This document shows, piece after piece, positions 45,540 to 47,231 of a stretch of 47,231 bases of DNA. The position numbers and the translations under genes were made by a program. How positions within the stretch are numbered: position 1 is the first letter of the stretch; every line of letters starts with the position of its first letter. Origin of the DNA: Candidatus Saccharimonadota bacterium (GTDB lineage Bacteria; Patescibacteriota; Saccharimonadia; Saccharimonadales; JACDFO01); the NCBI GenBank assembly GCA_013815785.1, contig JACDFO010000002.1, positions 1 to 47,231 of the forward strand, written 5' to 3'. Under the pieces are notes generated by a model. The model was not told the origin of the DNA. It saw nothing but the letters and a program-made list of their open reading frames with translations, and ran no database searches.

Positions 45540-46409
45540 ATGACCACCGAACACCTGGATATCCCCGAAGAGGAGCTCGACAAGATCCTCGGAGGAGCAG
45601 GCAAGGCTGCGCGCAGCGACAACGACGACGCCCTCATCAAGGACGTGGCCGGCATCGATGCGCAGATCGGGAACATCCTCTACGGCGCGTCCGTCCTCAC
45701 CCAGCGCAAGCTGGACCGGAAGGCGAAGGTCGAAGAGGAGATCCGTGATCGGCAGCACCAGCGCGAGCAGATCCGCAACCGGTTCCAGCACATGCTGAGC
45801 ACCGTCACGGACGAGCCCGCCCTGGCTCCCGCACCCGTCGCCCCCGTGGCGCTCGTGTCGGATCCGGTCAACCCGCCGTCGGCCCCCCAGCCGTCGGTTT
45901 CGTCCAGTGGTCCCGTGGTGGACGAGCCCGACGAGGATGAACTCCTCGAAGGCCTGTACACCCGTGACGAGCTCATGGAGCTGTCCGATTCGGACCTCCA
46001 GCGGCTCGCCAGCGAGTACGGGATCGCCACCGTGGTCACCGACGCAACTCGCGTCATCGTGATCGCCACGATCATCGTCCAGCAGTCGGCGTACTGTCAG
46101 TGTGAAGGCATCGAGGATCCCAACGGGACTTCGACGACTCGTGTCACGGTCATCGACCGCGTTCGCGACTCCCGGCACAACCCCCGGAGCTGGAACATCT
46201 GGCAGTGGGTCGGAGCGATCATCGGCGCCCTCATCGGCATCGTGATCTACCGGGTCACCAACGATTGGGAGCAGGACATCGAGGGCACCTGGAACAGGGT
46301 GTTCGACATGTTGCTGTTCATCGCCCTCGTGGGCCTCGGCTTCTTCGGCGGCGCCATCATCGGTGCGGCTGTGGAGGACAGGCAGGAGAACTTGCGCTCG
46401 CGCTCGTGA
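45540..46409 (+). CDS. High-GC hypothetical membrane protein
   Basis: GGAGGAG SD; strongly G/C-ending codons; coiled coil, Pro-rich linker, short helical motif (TRDELMELSDSDLQRLASEYGI), two C-terminal TMs. Confidence 0.85.
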   Translation: MTTEHLDIPEEELDKILGGAGKAARSDNDDALIKDVAGIDAQIGNILYGASVLTQRKLDRKAKVEEEIRDRQHQREQIRNRFQHMLSTVTDEPALAPAPVAPVALVSDPVNPPSAPQPSVSSSGPVVDEPDEDELLEGLYTRDELMELSDSDLQRLASEYGIATVVTDATRVIVIATIIVQQSAYCQCEGIEDPNGTSTTRVTVIDRVRDSRHNPRSWNIWQWVGAIIGALIGIVIYRVTNDWEQDIEGTWNRVFDMLLFIALVGLGFFGGAIIGAAVEDRQENLRSRS

Positions 46410-46545
46410 TCCGTTCCACGTCGAAAGGTTTGGCTATTACCCTGTGCTCACGCACAAATCGGCCCAAGTTGTCCGTTATCTTGACTGAGGCTTGCCTTAG
46501 TGAAAACGGAAGTCCCATTCCGCTTGCCCACCTTTGGAGGTGAAC

Positions 46546-47231
46546 ATGAGCAAGCACACCCGCAGTTCCGGCATCAAGGCTTCGGCCGTGTTGCTAGCAG
46601 TACTCATCGCCGTCGGCCTCCTGGTCGGCAGCGGAGAGGTGTCCAACGCCAGTGATCGCACGGATGAGTCGGCAACGACACCCACCATGCCCACGGCGGA
46701 AGAAGATGCGCGTGAGTGCCCCGCAACCTGGATCATCGTTCAGGTCGATCACGAGGACAGCAACCGTTGGTTCGCCGACGGTGTCCAAGAGATCGAGGAA
46801 GCATCCACGCCTGAGGAAGCAAGGGAAGCAGCTCGTACCTGGCTCAGCCTAGTGCGTCGTGACCCCCAGCTCCTCAAGGGTGCAGCATCGTACTTCCTTG
46901 CCGGCCGTCAGGTCGACGCATCCACCTTGGTGGATGGGGAGTGCGCCAGTGAGGATGCCGAATCGCTGACAGCCGAAATCGAGCTGGCCATCGCGCAAGC
47001 GAAGGTTACGCCCGAAGAAGCTCCGGTAGATGGCACCAACTCTGGTACCGATGCTGAGGGAGACGTGACGTCTGCCAACCAGGCAGGAATCACAGGTGAT
47101 CGTGCAGCGATCAAGGTCGTGTTGAAGGACGGAACAACCGTCTGGATCATGAGCCGCTGCGGTAACCCCGTCGTTCAGGGACCGGCCCCCGTGCCCCCCG
47201 GACCGACGGATAACCCGCCGCCGCCGCCCCC
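46546..47231 (+). CDS. High-GC secreted/anchored hypothetical protein (3' end runs off the window)
   Basis: Not in ORF track. GGAGGTG SD; open to the window end: MSKHTRSSGIKASAVLLAVLIAVGLLVG...VWIMSRCGNPVVQGPAPVPPGPTDNPPPPP. Confidence 0.85.
   Translation, partial: MSKHTRSSGIKASAVLLAVLIAVGLLVGSGEVSNASDRTDESATTPTMPTAEEDARECPATWIIVQVDHEDSNRWFADGVQEIEEASTPEEAREAARTWLSLVRRDPQLLKGAASYFLAGRQVDASTLVDGECASEDAESLTAEIELAIAQAKVTPEEAPVDGTNSGTDAEGDVTSANQAGITGDRAAIKVVLKDGTTVWIMSRCGNPVVQGPAPVPPGPTDNPPPPP

Noticed and set aside
45239..46178. ORFs 45239-45748(+), 45420-46178(-) and 45680-46075(-)
   Set aside because: Shadow frames of the high-GC gene 45540-46409, which has the SD and the G/C-ending codon pattern.
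46205..47150. Short ORFs listed at the right end
   Set aside because: Better explained by the 45540 gene and the SD-led frame from 46546 that runs off the window.
1..47231. Alternative genetic code (UGA = Gly)
   Set aside because: Conserved genes are full length in code 11, TGA is the stop in ATGA overlaps (tsaE/tsaB, CYTH/ymdB), and tRNA-Gly reads UCC.

Overview
Chromosomal segment, mostly ~40% GC by eye, in the standard bacterial genetic code. Gene content and style point to a Saccharibacteria (TM7, Patescibacteria/CPR) organism; this is an inference. Housekeeping content: pilB/gspE-type ATPase, recA-recX, tsaE-tsaB, rny-CYTH-ymdB, HTH-fused murA, glyA, murB, folD, murI, murD, six tRNA genes, two sortases, four PAS/GAF histidine kinases and four receiver-only regulators. 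Best candidate for a new system: a minimal azole-RiPP locus (36867-39941). It has a single fused dehydrogenase-YcaO enzyme, a 44-aa Cys/Ser/Gly-rich precursor missed by the ORF track (39111-39245) that resembles the microcin B17 precursor, and a convergent Zn-protease, all between two copies of the 5' end of a response-regulator gene. Other notable signals: a conserved, covarying structured RNA directly 5' of both tRNA-His and tRNA-Lys; a 56-aa LPNTG micro-protein with a processive GT2 and a sortase; a 162-bp in-frame palindromic insert in murD; a P1B-ATPase lacking its catalytic residues; a tRNA-derived palindrome next to tRNA-Arg(UCG); widespread apparently leaderless genes; and a ~580-nt structured leader running into high-GC, SD-led genes at the right end.
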